DNA of 64,000 nucleotides, from the NCBI GenBank assembly GCA_030704615.1, contig CM060733.1, forward strand, positions 68,262,001 to 68,326,000. Reading direction: 5' to 3'. This document shows positions 48,615 through 61,445 of this stretch, piece by piece; position 1 is the first letter of the stretch, and each line of letters starts with the position of its first letter. Below the pieces are notes generated by a model that was not told where the DNA came from, searched no databases, and was given only the letters and a program-made list of their open reading frames with translations. The position numbers and the translations under genes were made by a program. This stretch comes from Takakia lepidozioides (Eukaryota; Plantae; Bryophyta).

Positions 48615-48779
48615 ACTATAAAGGGATTAGAAAACTGAAGTCAAAAGGACCATGCTTAGCACTGTTGTTAGGCCTACCTGACTTTACGCATCTGTCATAT
48701 GGGATGACGACTCGAGCTCCAACCATGCCAAAACTTTAGAATCCATTTAGCATTTCATCCATGACAGGCATATCCAGCA

Positions 48780-51610
48780 ATCATAGAGTTCCATGACACC
48801 CCATCATCTCGTTAGCCATATTCTCAAACACCCCTTGGCATCCTCAATGCTCCCATGTTTGACACACATTTTCATCAATTCAAAATGACATGTGGAATGA
48901 TTCCAACTTTGACGATGTCACCATGGAGCTCTTTTCCTTTTCCCAGGTATGCCAAGCTTGCACATAGAATTGCTGAACTGCCTCCTTCTTCCAAAATGAC
49001 ATCTGGTACAATTCCAGCTTTGATGATGTCACCATAGACCTCTTGCCATTTTGCAGGGCTATTGATTCACAGGGAATCATAGGTAATCTTGTGCAAGGTA
49101 AATCTGGCCCTCTTGGATGAATCTGGACCCATGCTCTATCCCTGCTCCTTCAGCTATCCATGGCTCTGCACAAATCATTCATTCATCATTGCCTTGCTGC
49201 TAGCAGCTGACAATGACAGCCTATATTTGTTCTATGAAACACCCAACTCAACTTATCACACTCATTCCTATGCTGAATTGCATCTGCTACTCTCTGTAAT
49301 TATACATGCATTCACCTTTTTGCCTCGGTTGTCCCATCATTGATTGGGGTCAGAAAAGTACTCATTCCACAACTTCTCATCATCTCTGTTACCTGTTTCT
49401 GGATACTTTCATGTTGTCACTTTGGCTGTATCATGTCAAAGTCACTCCAAACTACCAAAGGTTCACTCAACCAGCCAACTTGCATAATTCAATATGGAAG
49501 AAGAAGAAGGATTCTGATAAGAGGAAAAAACAGGGTGAAATGTGTTGAAGAAGGTGCCTTCATTAGCAGTGTCTGATTTTATCAATTGTGGCGCCGCCGC
49601 TGCTGTGGCTTCCAGTTGACCATCTACCCATGCAGGTTTCTTGTAGCTATCCTTCCACAGGGAGTCATAGGTGATCTGAAGCTTGAAATCCGGCCCTCTT
49701 GGATGAATCTAGACCCGCACTCCATCCCTACTCCTTCAGCTATCCATGCCTCTGCACAAATCATGCATACATCCTTGCCTTGTTGCTAGCAACTGACAAT
49801 GACAGCCTAGAATTCATGCAGCAAACATGACACCACATCTCATTCAGCCATATTGTCGATCACTCCCTTTGCATCCTCGATGTTCCCACATTTGGCATAC
49901 ATGTCCACCAGGGCAGTGTTCAGGATCACATCTGGTACATTTCCAGCTAGATGACGATGTCGCCATGCACCTCTTTGCCCTTTTCCAGGGCTGCCAAGCT
50001 TGCACACGCACTGCAAATGCACACAAACGTCATGTTGTTGGGCTTCACCCCTTCCACCATCATTTGCTCATAGGTCTCTAAAGCCTCCATCCCGCGCCCC
50101 TACTGTGTATACCCTGCAAGCATCGCGTTCCACGACACCACATTTTGTTCAGCCATATTGTTGAACACTCCCTTTGCATCCTTGATGCTCCCACATGTGG
50201 CATACATGTCCACCAGGGCAGTGTTCAGGATCATATCTGGTACAATTCCAGATCTGACGAGGTCGCCATGCACCTTTTTGCCCCTTTCCAAGGTTGCTAA
50301 GCTTGCACAACGCACACAAACGTGATGTTGTTGGGCTTCACCCCTTCCACCAACATTTGCTCATAGGTCTCAAAAGCCTTCCCGCACCCCTGCTATGCAT
50401 ACCCTGCAAGCATCGCGTTCCATGACACCACATTTTGTTCAGCCATATTGTTGAACATTCCCTTTGCATCCTCGATGCTCCCACATTTGGCATACATGTC
50501 CACCAGGGCAGTGTTCAAGATCACATCTGGTACAATTCCAGCTCTGATGTTGTTGACCCCAACCATACATATCACACGCGTTCTTGCGTCTGCTTCCAAC
50601 AGGCATTCACCTTTTGTCTCCATTGTCCCACCATTGACTGGGGTCGAAAAAGTCTTCATTCCAAAGCTTCTCCTCATAATTGTTGTTATCTGTTTTGGAT
50701 ACTTTCCTGCTGCCCCATTGGCAGTAACTTGTCAAAGTCACTCCAAACCACCACAGATCCACCCAACGAGCTAACTTACAGAGATTCAGTATGCACATTC
50801 AGGGCCGAGTCTGATGAGAGGGAAAAACAGGCTGAAATAGGTCGAAGAAGAATGTACCTCACCACATTGTCCTTGACCTTGTGTCAAGACCCATGGAGAA
50901 TTTGATCGACCATGAATACATCCTCACCCTCTTGTGTGTGCTCTTGTGGATTGGATTGGGCTGTGAGAACCACCATGGTGCAGCTGAGCAGGCAGAGATT
51001 GAAACACGGCCGCTAAGACCAAGCTGACTCTCCCAAGAACCTTGTAAACATCGGGAAGAATGCCAAATCATGGTACTAACAGGAGCCAAGAGCCTTCATT
51101 TGCAGGATGGAACCCCCTCCAGAGCTCCTAATCACTCCTACACCACCATAGATCCACCAACAAGCTAACTTGCAGAAATTTAGGTCCGACTCTGAATACA
51201 GGGAAAAACAGGCTGAAATGCATTGAAGAACTTTCACAACAATGCAGCCAATGAATGGATTGGTTACCGGTTGTGTTCAAAATGACATCTGGTACAATTC
51301 TAGTTTTGATGATATCCCCATGCACCTCTTTGCCCTTATCCAGGGCTGCCAGGCTTGCACAAGCATTGCAAATGCACACAAACATGATGTGGCCGGGCTT
51401 CACCCCTTCCCCCATCATTTGCTCATAGGTCTCCAAAGCCTCTATCCCACGTCCCTGTTGTGCATACCGTGTAAACATTGCACTCCACGACACCACATCT
51501 CGTCCAGCCATAGTGTTGAACACTCCCTTTACATCCTCGATGCAACCACATTTTGCATACATGTCCACCAGGGTATGGTTCAGAATGACATTTGGTACAA
51601 TTCCAGGAGG
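48780..51610 (-). pseudogene. mosaic of PLS-class PPR repeats and other gene fragments
   Basis: Repeated GIVPDVILNTALVDMYAKCGSIEDA..VVSWNAML with stops and frameshifts, interleaved with non-PPR blocks also found at 5240-5335 and 6117-6870. Confidence 0.85.
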
Positions 51611-52139
51611 TTTACTATTTCATGAGCCCATGAGCCCATGAGCTCATGAGCGGGCATCCGCGGAATTAGAATTTTCATGCCTTTATTGACGGTATTAGGT
51701 CCTCAAACCTTGGTAATACGTTCTTTTTCTTCTAGATTCGGATGTGGAACGAGGTATTTTGGCGCCGATATTCCCCATTACGACTGAAAAATATTGTGCA
51801 GGATAGGAAAGAGACACAAACTTGTAGCCCTCACAAGCCATTGTAGTGCTAGGGTAACATGTTTAGGGTCAGAAGACACTTGAATTTGCAGACCCCATTC
51901 AGCACAACATGAACCCCACATTCACATGCCAGAAAATTGCCATACACGCTCGAAAATACAAACATAAGCAAATCCATGTTTTTATTTTGTATATCGACAA
52001 CTCCGAGCTTCCATCCTAATAAATGGACCACTGCACCATAAAAAACCTCAAAACTACCATAACCCGGAGCCTATGCCCTCCAATCACCCTCCACAATGAT
52101 CCTTAACAAGCAAATAAGAGGGGGGGGGGGGGGGGGGGG

Positions 52140-52442
52140 GGTGGGTTTTGCGACACCAGCCGCTCCCCACGCCCCGCGCGACGCTAAGCCTGCGACGCCG
52201 AGCCCGCGGCGTTTTTTTGCGACGCCCCAGCGTTGCAATCCCCTGCTGCGACACCATTGCGACGCCCAGCCGTTGCATGAAGGGGGAAAAAAAGCCCTCG
52301 CTGCGACGGATTTTTTTTTCTTGCAAATCAAAAATAAATAAATAAATTATTTATTTTTTAACGTTGTGACGCCTCGGCGTCGCAAAAGCGTCACTGAGGG
52401 CGCCTCTGCGATGCCAGGGCGTCGCAACAGCATCACCACAAT

Positions 52443-52484
<42 letters not shown>

Positions 52485-53040
52485 TTGCGGCCCTCAACTT
52501 CAGAAAAGCGTCGTTGGGGGCGCCCGCGCTGGGACGGCCAACGCTGCGACGCCAGGGGGTCGCAACGGCGTTGCCACATAGGGTCGCAATGGTGTTGTAG
52601 TCAACTTAGGTCATCACAAGGACGTCGCTTGGGGCGCCTGGCGGTGGGGGGATGCAACAACGGCGACGACGTTGGGGCTGGGGCTGGGGCTGGGCACTAA
52701 GGTTGTGGAGGTTGCAACTCCCAGGCGTCACAAGAGGGACCCCCTTAAAAGGAACTTGAAGGAAATCTTTATATATATATATATATTGCTTTTGTGATAC
52801 ATAGATGTAGCGTAGGTGTGTTGGTTAGTCTGTAGTGTCTTAGAAATGTTATAACGTGTAGGTCTTAGGTTCAAGTATGCATTGCATGATATATGTAGAA
52901 CAATGAACATATTGTCATTAGACAGAACCGAAGTCAATGGTCAACAAGTTTTTGAAATTCAAATTTCAAATTCATTCCCGCCTAAATTCAAATGTACCCC
53001 CTTAAATTGCGACGTCTAGGTGTCGCACTTTGCGACCCCC
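52140..53040. repeat. GCGAC/GTCGC-rich subterminal-type repeat region of a DNA transposon
   Basis: More than a dozen TGCGACG/CGTCGCA motifs interspersed with homopolymer tracts. Confidence 0.55.
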
Positions 53041-53326
53041 GGACGGTGCTAATTCTGCAATGCAGAGTAGTTTTTTTTTTTTTTTTTTTTTTACGCCCGG
53101 GCCAGGGTTGCACACGTCAGTGACGTCACGTCGGACCTGATGCTGACGCGACCAACGTCACGTCAGTTTTGCCGAAAAATCAGTAAAACATGAGTTAGGT
53201 GAAAAATATGTCACGTAGGTGGACACGTTGTATTCCAAGCGACACCTTGGCAAGTGAATGAATTGTTTTATAAATTACTCCATCCGCCAATAGTTGAGGT
53301 CATTTTTAAATCATTATTCTTAAATT

Positions 53327-53875
53327 GGTGCGACCTCCAAATGGTGGTGGTCGCAGAATTTATCTTATTTTTTAATAGTTGCGACCATTAGCAAAGTGGT
53401 TGTCTTTTATTTGTAATAGGTGCGACCACCAGCATGGGGGTGGTCGCAGCATTTTTCTGTTTTTTTAATAAGTGCGACCACCAGCAGGGGGGTGGTCGCA
53501 TAATTCTTTATTTTATTTTTTTAAAACAAATTCTCTTTGACCACGAGCATGGTGGTGGTCGCAGCATTTTTTGTTTTTTTAATAGGTGCGACCACCAGCA
53601 GGGGGGTGGTCGCAGAAATTTTCTTTGTTTTTAATAGGTGCGACCACCAGCAAGGGGGTGGTTGCAGCAATTTTTTTTTTTAAGAAAAAAAAATCTCTGT
53701 GACCACGAGCATGGGGGTGGTCGCAGAAATTTTATATTTGTTTAATAGGTGCGACCACCAGCAGGGGGGTGGTTGCAGAAAAAAAAAATCTCTGTGACCA
53801 CGAGCATGGGGGGTGGTCGCAGATTTTTATTTATTTTTTAATAGGTGCGACCACCAGCATAAGGGTGGTCGCAGC
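53327..53875 (+). repeat. array of ~11 palindromic 28-bp units TGCGACCACCAGCAGGGGGGTGGTCGCA with AT-rich spacers
   Basis: Directly visible. Confidence 0.92.
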
Positions 53876-54295
53876 AGTTTTTAAAAAAAAATAACATGCG
53901 ACTTCCTCGTGTGACCTGGAGCGGTCGCAACATTCAATCTGATTCGGCGAGCGTGTGAGGCTTGGAGGCTGGAGGGTATATAAGGTGGTCCCAATGCCCC
54001 TCACTTCTTTTGTGGCAAACACTTTTGTGGCGAGTGACTGTTCTCTATTCCTTGAGCAAGAGTGTAAGCCCAAGAGGAGGGTGCGGACCGTTTGCTGTTG
54101 TGGCTTCCACCAGAGCCATTGCAGCAAATTGTCGAAAAGCACAATACTACATGGTGCATTGATCCATTTGGATTGATGCCGTAGTGATGGGCCATCGCAT
54201 TCTGTTCTAACTTCTATTGCTCTTGACAAATCTACCAAGTAGACTAGTGTTCTTCGTTCAACCTTAAGTCTGTGGTTAGGGTTTTGGGTGTGAGG

Positions 54296-56564
54296 ATGAG
54301 GGATGAGTGGATCCCTTGGTTCACCATAGACCCGCACAAAAAGGACGGTGTTCAATGCAATCTTTGTGCATTGAAGCTGGCGGGTCGCAAAGATCGCTTG
54401 TTATATCACCTGGGCTACAGAGATGGGAAGAATGCAGGGGTTAGTTTGTGCCCAAAAGCCTCCATGCGAGTGAAAGCCCACTTTGCCCAATGTGGAGGCA
54501 ATATCCCACCGTCTCTTGATGTGGCCGCGGCTTCTGAGCCAAACACTCCAGGTTCGAATCAAACTGTCCCTCAGAGTTGTACCCAGGGGCATTCTTGCGA
54601 GGCGTCTACTGTTCGTGGAGAAGCCGGTGGGTCAGGAGCAACACCCGATTGTACGCCAGCACTTGTACGGACCAGACCATTGAGGCAACAATCAATGCAA
54701 GAAGGCTTAAATTTGTCACACAAGAGGACTCTGGATAAGAAGTGGGCCCAGTTTTTCTACGAGGCCAATATTCCATTCAATGTCTTGAGGCTTCCTGCGT
54801 TTGTGGCTGCTGTCAAAGCCACGTCCGATTCCAAGTCCACATACACATCTCCGAGTTATCGCGATCTCCGCACAGGATTGCTAGAAGAGGCTATGTCTGA
54901 CCTCACCCAAAAGATGAATGAAAAGACAGGTGATTCTCTCCGGAAATATGGAAACACTATATGTGCGGACGGTTGGAGTTCTGTTACTAATCGACCACTG
55001 TTCAATGTCATGCTGGTCTGTCCTGCGGAGGGAACAATTTTTGGGATCCGTTGACACAAGCGGGGAGAGAAAAGATACACGTTATCAAGCAGGGTTGTTG
55101 ACGAGTTACATCGATAAAATTGGAGCTGATAAAATTGTCCAAGTGTGCACGAACAATGCATCTAACATGGTTAATATGGCCGATATTTTGATGGTACGAT
55201 ATCCCCATCTATATTACCAAGGGTGTGGTGCTCATATCTTTGATCTCCTTTTGGAGGATTGGGGAAAAGAATCATAGATGAAACAACTAGTAAAAAGGGC
55301 AAAGTCGGTTGTGACGTTCATTCGCACACATCACATCCCTCTAGCATTGTTTAGAAAGCATGAACCCAAATACAGCCTTAGGAACCCGGGTGAAACCCGC
55401 TATGCCACAAACTTTTTGATGGTGGATCGACTGGTGACTGTGAGGGCGGGTTTGGAGCAGGTGATCATTGACCCTCAATGGGATGCGTATGTGGGCACCT
55501 TACGCGACTCTCGTAAGTCCAAGTCTTTGAGCAAAAGTCGGAGGGTCCGCGCAATCATTCGCTCCGACGATTTCTGGGTGAAATGTGCAAATTTTGTGTA
55601 CATGGTGAAGCCGGTGTTGATTGTTTTGCGGGAGTTTGATGGAAAACAACCAATAATGGGTAAAACATGGTTGATATTGGAAAACCTTGAGAAGCACGTG
55701 CAATCCTTGAGGCGTCCTCCATTTTCTATGGACGATGATTTGGCGGCAAGGACCGAGGATGCATTTTACGACCGCAAACGAATGGTTCGCACGGACTTGC
55801 ATTATGCGGGGGCCTTGCTGAATCCATTCTTGTTGGACAATACGGATTTGAGAGACGATGTAGATGCCAAAGTCGGGCTTGTATGGGTCATCATGCAACT
55901 TGCGCCCTTGAACATGACAGAGCAAGCGTTGTCCGAGTACCAGTGTTTCTCGGATCGGCAGAATCGTTTCCATGACATGCCGGATCCAAAAGCAATGAAC
56001 ATGTTGCCACATGAATGGTGGGATCTGATTGGAGCTGGAGCAAGAACGTTAGCTCCCATTGCAAAGCGTATTCTTGCTCAAGTGTGCTCTGTCTTGTCCT
56101 GTGAGCGAAACTGGAGCAGTTACTCGTTTGTTCACAACAAGATTCGCAACAGGTTGAATCTTGCCAGGGCTGACAAATTGGTTTATGTCTACACAAATTG
56201 TAGGCTACTGCGAGAGAGGAGAGCAAGTGACGCATCTGCATGGTACGAGAAGAATCTGTTGTCTGAAAAATCTGCCTCAGAGGTCCAATCTAGCAGCAAT
56301 GATGACACTGACACCGCGAGGGACTCCGACTCCGACGGTTGGGATGGGTCCGATGATGTGGGCAATCCTCCACATGACCCATATGAATTTAATGACGATG
56401 ATGTTGCAATGCATCCATCCTTCGATGACCTTGTTGTTGATGAACTGCGACATGGTGTCATCCCAATTGCGGACCCCCTTCCCCCAGTGGAGCACACTCT
56501 CAACAATGAAGTTGAGGTCAACTCTCCCCCACCACGAGTTCCACGGACTGCGGGAGATGTGTAG
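54296..56564 (+). pseudogene. hAT (Ac-like) transposase: BED finger, DUF659, dimerisation domain; one frameshift (~55030) and a stop at 55275-55277
   Basis: VQCNLC..HL..CP, FFYEANIPFN, ICADGWS, CGAH, ETRYA, LLNP, SCERNWS and RNRL. The degenerate frame continues past 56564 with a duplicated SDDD.RPLSF motif. Confidence 0.93.
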
Positions 56565-57204
56565 GTCGAATCATCGGATGATGACAACCGGCCGTTGTCA
56601 TTCCTTCACCGATATCGTGCCCCTGTGAACCGTGCTTCATCTCACCCCGCTCCATCTCATGTTTCTTTTTCTCAAGCCGGTCCATCCCATGCTGGTCCAT
56701 CTAGTCTCTCTCCCCCTCATGTAATTCCTTCCATCGCTACTCCGATCCTGGGAGATGGTTCTTTTGCTGCGGGACTTCTGCAAGTCGAACCATCGGATGA
56801 CGACGACCGGCCATTGTCGTTTCATCTGGCCTGACGACGTCCGCATGTGAACCGTGCTCCCTCGACCCTCGCTGGTCTATCTCATGCCACTTCCTCTCAT
56901 GTCGGCCCCTCTGATGTACGTGCGAGTAGCCTTCCTCATACGATACCTACGCCAAGGCCACCACGAAATCCGGAACAAGCCCAGAAACGGTAGAGAATTG
57001 TGCAACCTTTTGTTGGTGACCGACCTGTGAACAGGCCTGATACCCTAGATGGTATTCATGATAGGAGTGGAAAATCGACCAGAAAGACAACTGAACGTAC
57101 TCCAAGGATCATAAATGAAAGAGGTTATTTTCTCCTCTCACTACTAAGGGGCCTGATTTGTGAGTTGTCGCTCCCAGGTGTTTCCCAAATAAAATAAAAT
57201 AAAA

Positions 57205-58365
57205 TTTGCGACCACCAGCAGGGGTAATCAGTAAATCAGTAAATAGGTGCGACTACGGGCAGGGGGGTGGTCGCAACATTTTTCTTTTATTTTAACAGTT
57301 GCGACGACCGCTACTGGTGGTCACACAATTGTTTTTAAAAAAAATAGGTGAGACCACCAGGAGGTTGGTCCCCTTGCACCTATATGTATGTTTGGAGAGG
57401 CAGATGAAAAGCACATGTATCAACTCCCCATGGATTTGTGAAGGGGAAGATGAATGTTGGGAGCTGCACCCAGCTTTTGTGGCTTTCGAAACCATAATAG
57501 GAAATCAACAATGTAAAGGTAATGACGAAACACAAACACACGCACAACCACCAAACCCTTTCTTGGGTACACATATTCCACCATTTTTATTCCCGTACAC
57601 GTATGCATATACCCAAACTGAAACATGGATATCCATGGAAACATACTACACATCATGTGACAGGTCACAGAAGTTATAGCTGTACCTAATTCCGTTTGCC
57701 ACGACGACGATGGTATGATCTCACGTCTAGTACAAAATATTCGTCCCCACTCACTTCACCCCCGTTCCCATTATCAGTGCTAGAATCATGATCTCCATCT
57801 GTTCTTTCGTTTTCAGAGGCAACTGGCCGTTGGACCTTGCGTAGCAATGGGGCACCACACACGAACTATACCACACCCATCAAGTAGCAAGATTTGACCC
57901 CAGAATCGTCCGGGTCGCACTCGGTGCACTTAACCAACTGAGCTACTGACTGTTGGTAGATATTAAAAAAATCGGAAAATTATGCGACCACCCCCTACGA
58001 CCACCCCCCTGCTGGTGGTCGCATCTATTAAAGAAAAAGAAAATAGTGCGACCACCAGCAGGTGGTGGTCGCACCTATTTGTTTTAAACAAAATCTCTGC
58101 GACCACCCCTCTGCTGGTGGTCGCGCTTAATAAAAAAAAACATTATGCGACTACCTCCCTGCTGATTAAAAAAAAAAACATCTGCGACCACCCCCCCTGT
58201 TGGTGGTCGCACCCATTAAAAAACATAAACAAATCTGCGAGCACCCCCCTGCTGGTGGTCGCACCTATTAAAAAAAAAAAAAAATTCTGCGAGCACCCCC
58301 CTGCTGGTGGTCGCACATAATAAAGAAAAGAAAAAAATATGCGACCACCCCTGCTGGCGGTCGCA
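57205..58365 (-). repeat. second array of the same 28-bp palindrome (partial copies at 57205-57370; ~8 inverted copies at 57983-58365)
   Basis: TGCGACCACCCCCCTGCTGGTGGTCGCA units. Confidence 0.9.
57690..57950 (-). mobile_element. tRNA-derived SINE-like sequence
   Basis: A box TAGCTCAGTTGG (57945-57934) followed by TTAAGTGCAC, and a degenerate B box GGTCAAATC (57899-57891). The 3' boundary is uncertain. Confidence 0.55.
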
Positions 58366-58788
58366 GCTATTACTAGCGTGCGCAGTCATGATAACAACGC
58401 GCGCCCCGAGTGTGGAGGGGGGACTTATAAGGCCTTGGAGGCCATTATTTACCTCACTTTTCTCCACACCAGGACTTGGTAGGCGATGGGATGTTGCATT
58501 CATTGTCATTGAGTCCAAGTGGAGAGGGGTGCTATTGGTTGGGTTGGGGGTATTTTGGGCCGTTGGATTCTACGAAATCGATGCTGAGTACCTCCCGGGA
58601 AGCCCTCCTCTAGCACCCACGTTTTTTTCATATTGCGTCATATCACTTAGAACTGCCGAGGGAGTGATACGTGCCTCTAGTACTTGGGGATGATTCATTA
58701 GGGAGTAGGATTAGGTACGATTTAGGAGGGTTGGGAGAGCATTTTTCTTAGCAAACACCTGTCGAGTAGGGGTAAGCCAAAGCCATAA

Positions 58789-61348
58789 ATGGCGGAGGAG
58801 GAAGACAGAGGAGGTCATCCCAGGGATGACGATAATGAACCTGGACCTCCCAAAAAAAAACCAAAAGGGGCTAGGCGCGAACTTCGTTGGGACATATACA
58901 ATGACCCCAACATTCTTGCGGAACCAGGTTGGGAAGTTTGGAAGTTGGGGCAGCAGTGGTCGTTTGGTGATTGCAGGAAATTTGTGGACTGATGTCACAT
59001 AAATCGTTTGTGGCCCAGAGATAGGCATGATCCACAAACCAAACAAAATCAAGCTAGCTTGCATTCCTGCGCCAACCCGCATTTCCGCCACAGGGCAGAG
59101 GTGGTACATACAACATTGTGGGGTCAACCGCTCGTCAACAACAAGGTCCCGTATTTATTTGCGGCCATGTTGTACACAAAGTTGATTTTATTGCGACCGG
59201 TGGATTGACAGACTGCCACTGCGAGACAGCGTACTAGACTATACATGTTCTCTGATATCCCAGACTTGTATATACGTCAGGGGCAGGATATCATACGGTT
59301 CAATGGAAACGGCGAGGTGGAAGAAGGAGGAAAGGCGGATGGAAACGACGATGTGGAAGAAGGAGGAAATGCAGACCAACCTCCAGATTATACGCCGCAA
59401 CAGGTCTCCGAAGCCGGGCCTTCAACGTCTGAGGTGGAGGGGGGCGAGGTATGCTCTCCGTTGGAGGAACAGTTGGCCGCACATGAACATCACATCAAAG
59501 ACCTGCAGGACATTGTTCATTTGCAACGGTGGCAACTAGCAAAGTTGCTGGAAAGAATGGGGTTGGGGACTCTCGACAGCGTACGCGGTGTGCTTCAGGA
59601 CTCGAGGCCAATCACCAACGAGCAAGACATATTGACGTGTTTGAATATGCCACCAGTGGACATTGACCGCGTCATCGACGGGGTTGACTCAATCGGGCAT
59701 GGGAATGAAGTGCAAACGTCTGAACTGGACCCGGTGAGGGTTGAGGAAGAAAGACTTGCGGCGGAGAGGGCAAGAAAAGGAAATGACCCCATAGTGGAAA
59801 TTGGGGAATGTTCAGCCGTGCAAATTACATCGGCCCAAGAACATGAATTAGAGCAGCTTGTGGGGGAATGCGAGCAAGCTAGGGCTGTTGCATATCGGTA
59901 CTCAAATGTCATGCAAATCCGATCGTGGCCATGGTTGAAGGGGAATTGGCGGAATTGGGTGACATGGGCGGGCCATCTAGCATCGCGGGAAACACGGATA
60001 GAATAAGCGTTGTCCTCCCTCCAACGTGCAGCACGTTTGTCGAATCGAAGCGTAGATAACATCTATGCTAATTTGCAAAGGCACGACACTGTGCGTGATG
60101 TATTCACGTCGAAGTACACTGGATTCACCACATGGGGTGATGTGCATGCCATGTTTGAGCATTGTGTGCATACAATTTCCAATACCAATAACAGCATAAA
60201 CTAGGATTTGGAAGTAGAGGAGGAGTGGGACACCAGGCCGAGGATGTCATCCTGCATTAATGAGGATAAACGGACGTGGATACCACAGAGCAATCCAGCG
60301 TCATGGGTAACAGATGGTACGGTGTGCACAATGTGCCTAAACCCTTATGGACCGGAGGGAGGCTATATGCTTGGTTCATGTGGCCATTTGTTACATCCCA
60401 CATGTCTCATATTGGCAGCCATGCAAGCCAGCCAATGCCCTGACTGCCATGGACCAATCCATCGACGTTTCTACGAGTTGTTTGGGTTGCAAGACAATAT
60501 GCCCACGGGATACGAGTACAACCGGTACAACATGCCATTGGATGTATTACCTTACGATTTTTTAAATTGGCAGCACTGGGGGGAGACAATGACATGGGAT
60601 GCTCCAAGAGAGATGCACGCCTTGGATGCGAAGACGTTACTAGGGTTAAAGATCCGGTGACCTTTTGGGTGACATCCAACTGGGAAATAACCGTGCGTGC
60701 TAGAGGCATACGAGACCCAGTCCAAATGGAGCTTTTTTGCCGGAACTTGGGAGGGCATTGGAGCTGTACCAGACAAAGATTCTTCCGACTGCTTGAGGAT
60801 CCGTGAGTGCCAACAGAAAACAACCCATACAATCGCGAACCAATTGGGAGAGACCTATTTCTGAGGGAGTTGGAGGCCGCTAGCATCCGTTGGGAGGATA
60901 TGAATGAGACGTACTGGGTGCCTCGTCGGGATGATGGGCCATTTCTTCCAGAGTTGCACAGAGACCCCCAGCAGGAGGAGGTGTTGGACAATTTCAAGGC
61001 TGCCATCACGAGTGTTCTAAAGTATTGGCAGAACACATGGCGTGACCAAGTTGCCCATATTCCAGGGGTGTTCTTGCCGACATATCGGATTTAATTGAAA
61101 AATTGCATGCCGCCGTAGCAAGAGCGACACACCCGGCTCTGGAAAATGTGAAAGAGAGTCAGCACTCGCCTAGAACGCTACGCATGATGGCAAGGGTGAA
61201 CCACACAACACTGGGTCCCTCTTTGACCACTCGAGCCCAGGCTCGAGCTCTCCGTACTGGTGGAGGCACGTCCTCTACACCCGGAGCATCTTCATCAACA
61301 TCTGGAGATGACGACAACGAAGTAATAAATCTAGATGAAGATGACTAG
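58789..61348 (+). pseudogene. degenerate ~850-codon ORF: NLS, acidic region, coiled coil, RING-H2 finger
   Basis: Five consecutive ORF pieces share one frame (58789-60660), followed by two frameshifts. PPKKKPK near the N-terminus. C-x2-C-x14-C-x-H-x2-H-x2-C-x10-C-x2-C at 60325-60447. Confidence 0.8.
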
Positions 61349-61445
61349 AAAGGCTAGAAACGTAGGGAGTAGGCCAAAGGTCTCAGGTTGCGAAAACTTA
61401 AATGTGCAACCCACTGTATAGTCTACGTAATTTTTGGAAATACGA

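Noticed and set aside
57880-57950. Functional tRNA gene
   Set aside because: The B box is degenerate, with no convincing acceptor stem or anticodon loop. Treated as a SINE head.
53327-58365. CRISPR-like appearance (28-bp palindromic repeats with spacers)
   Set aside because: Eukaryotic context with no cas genes. The spacers are low-complexity, related A/T tracts, and the arrays flank a hAT transposase.
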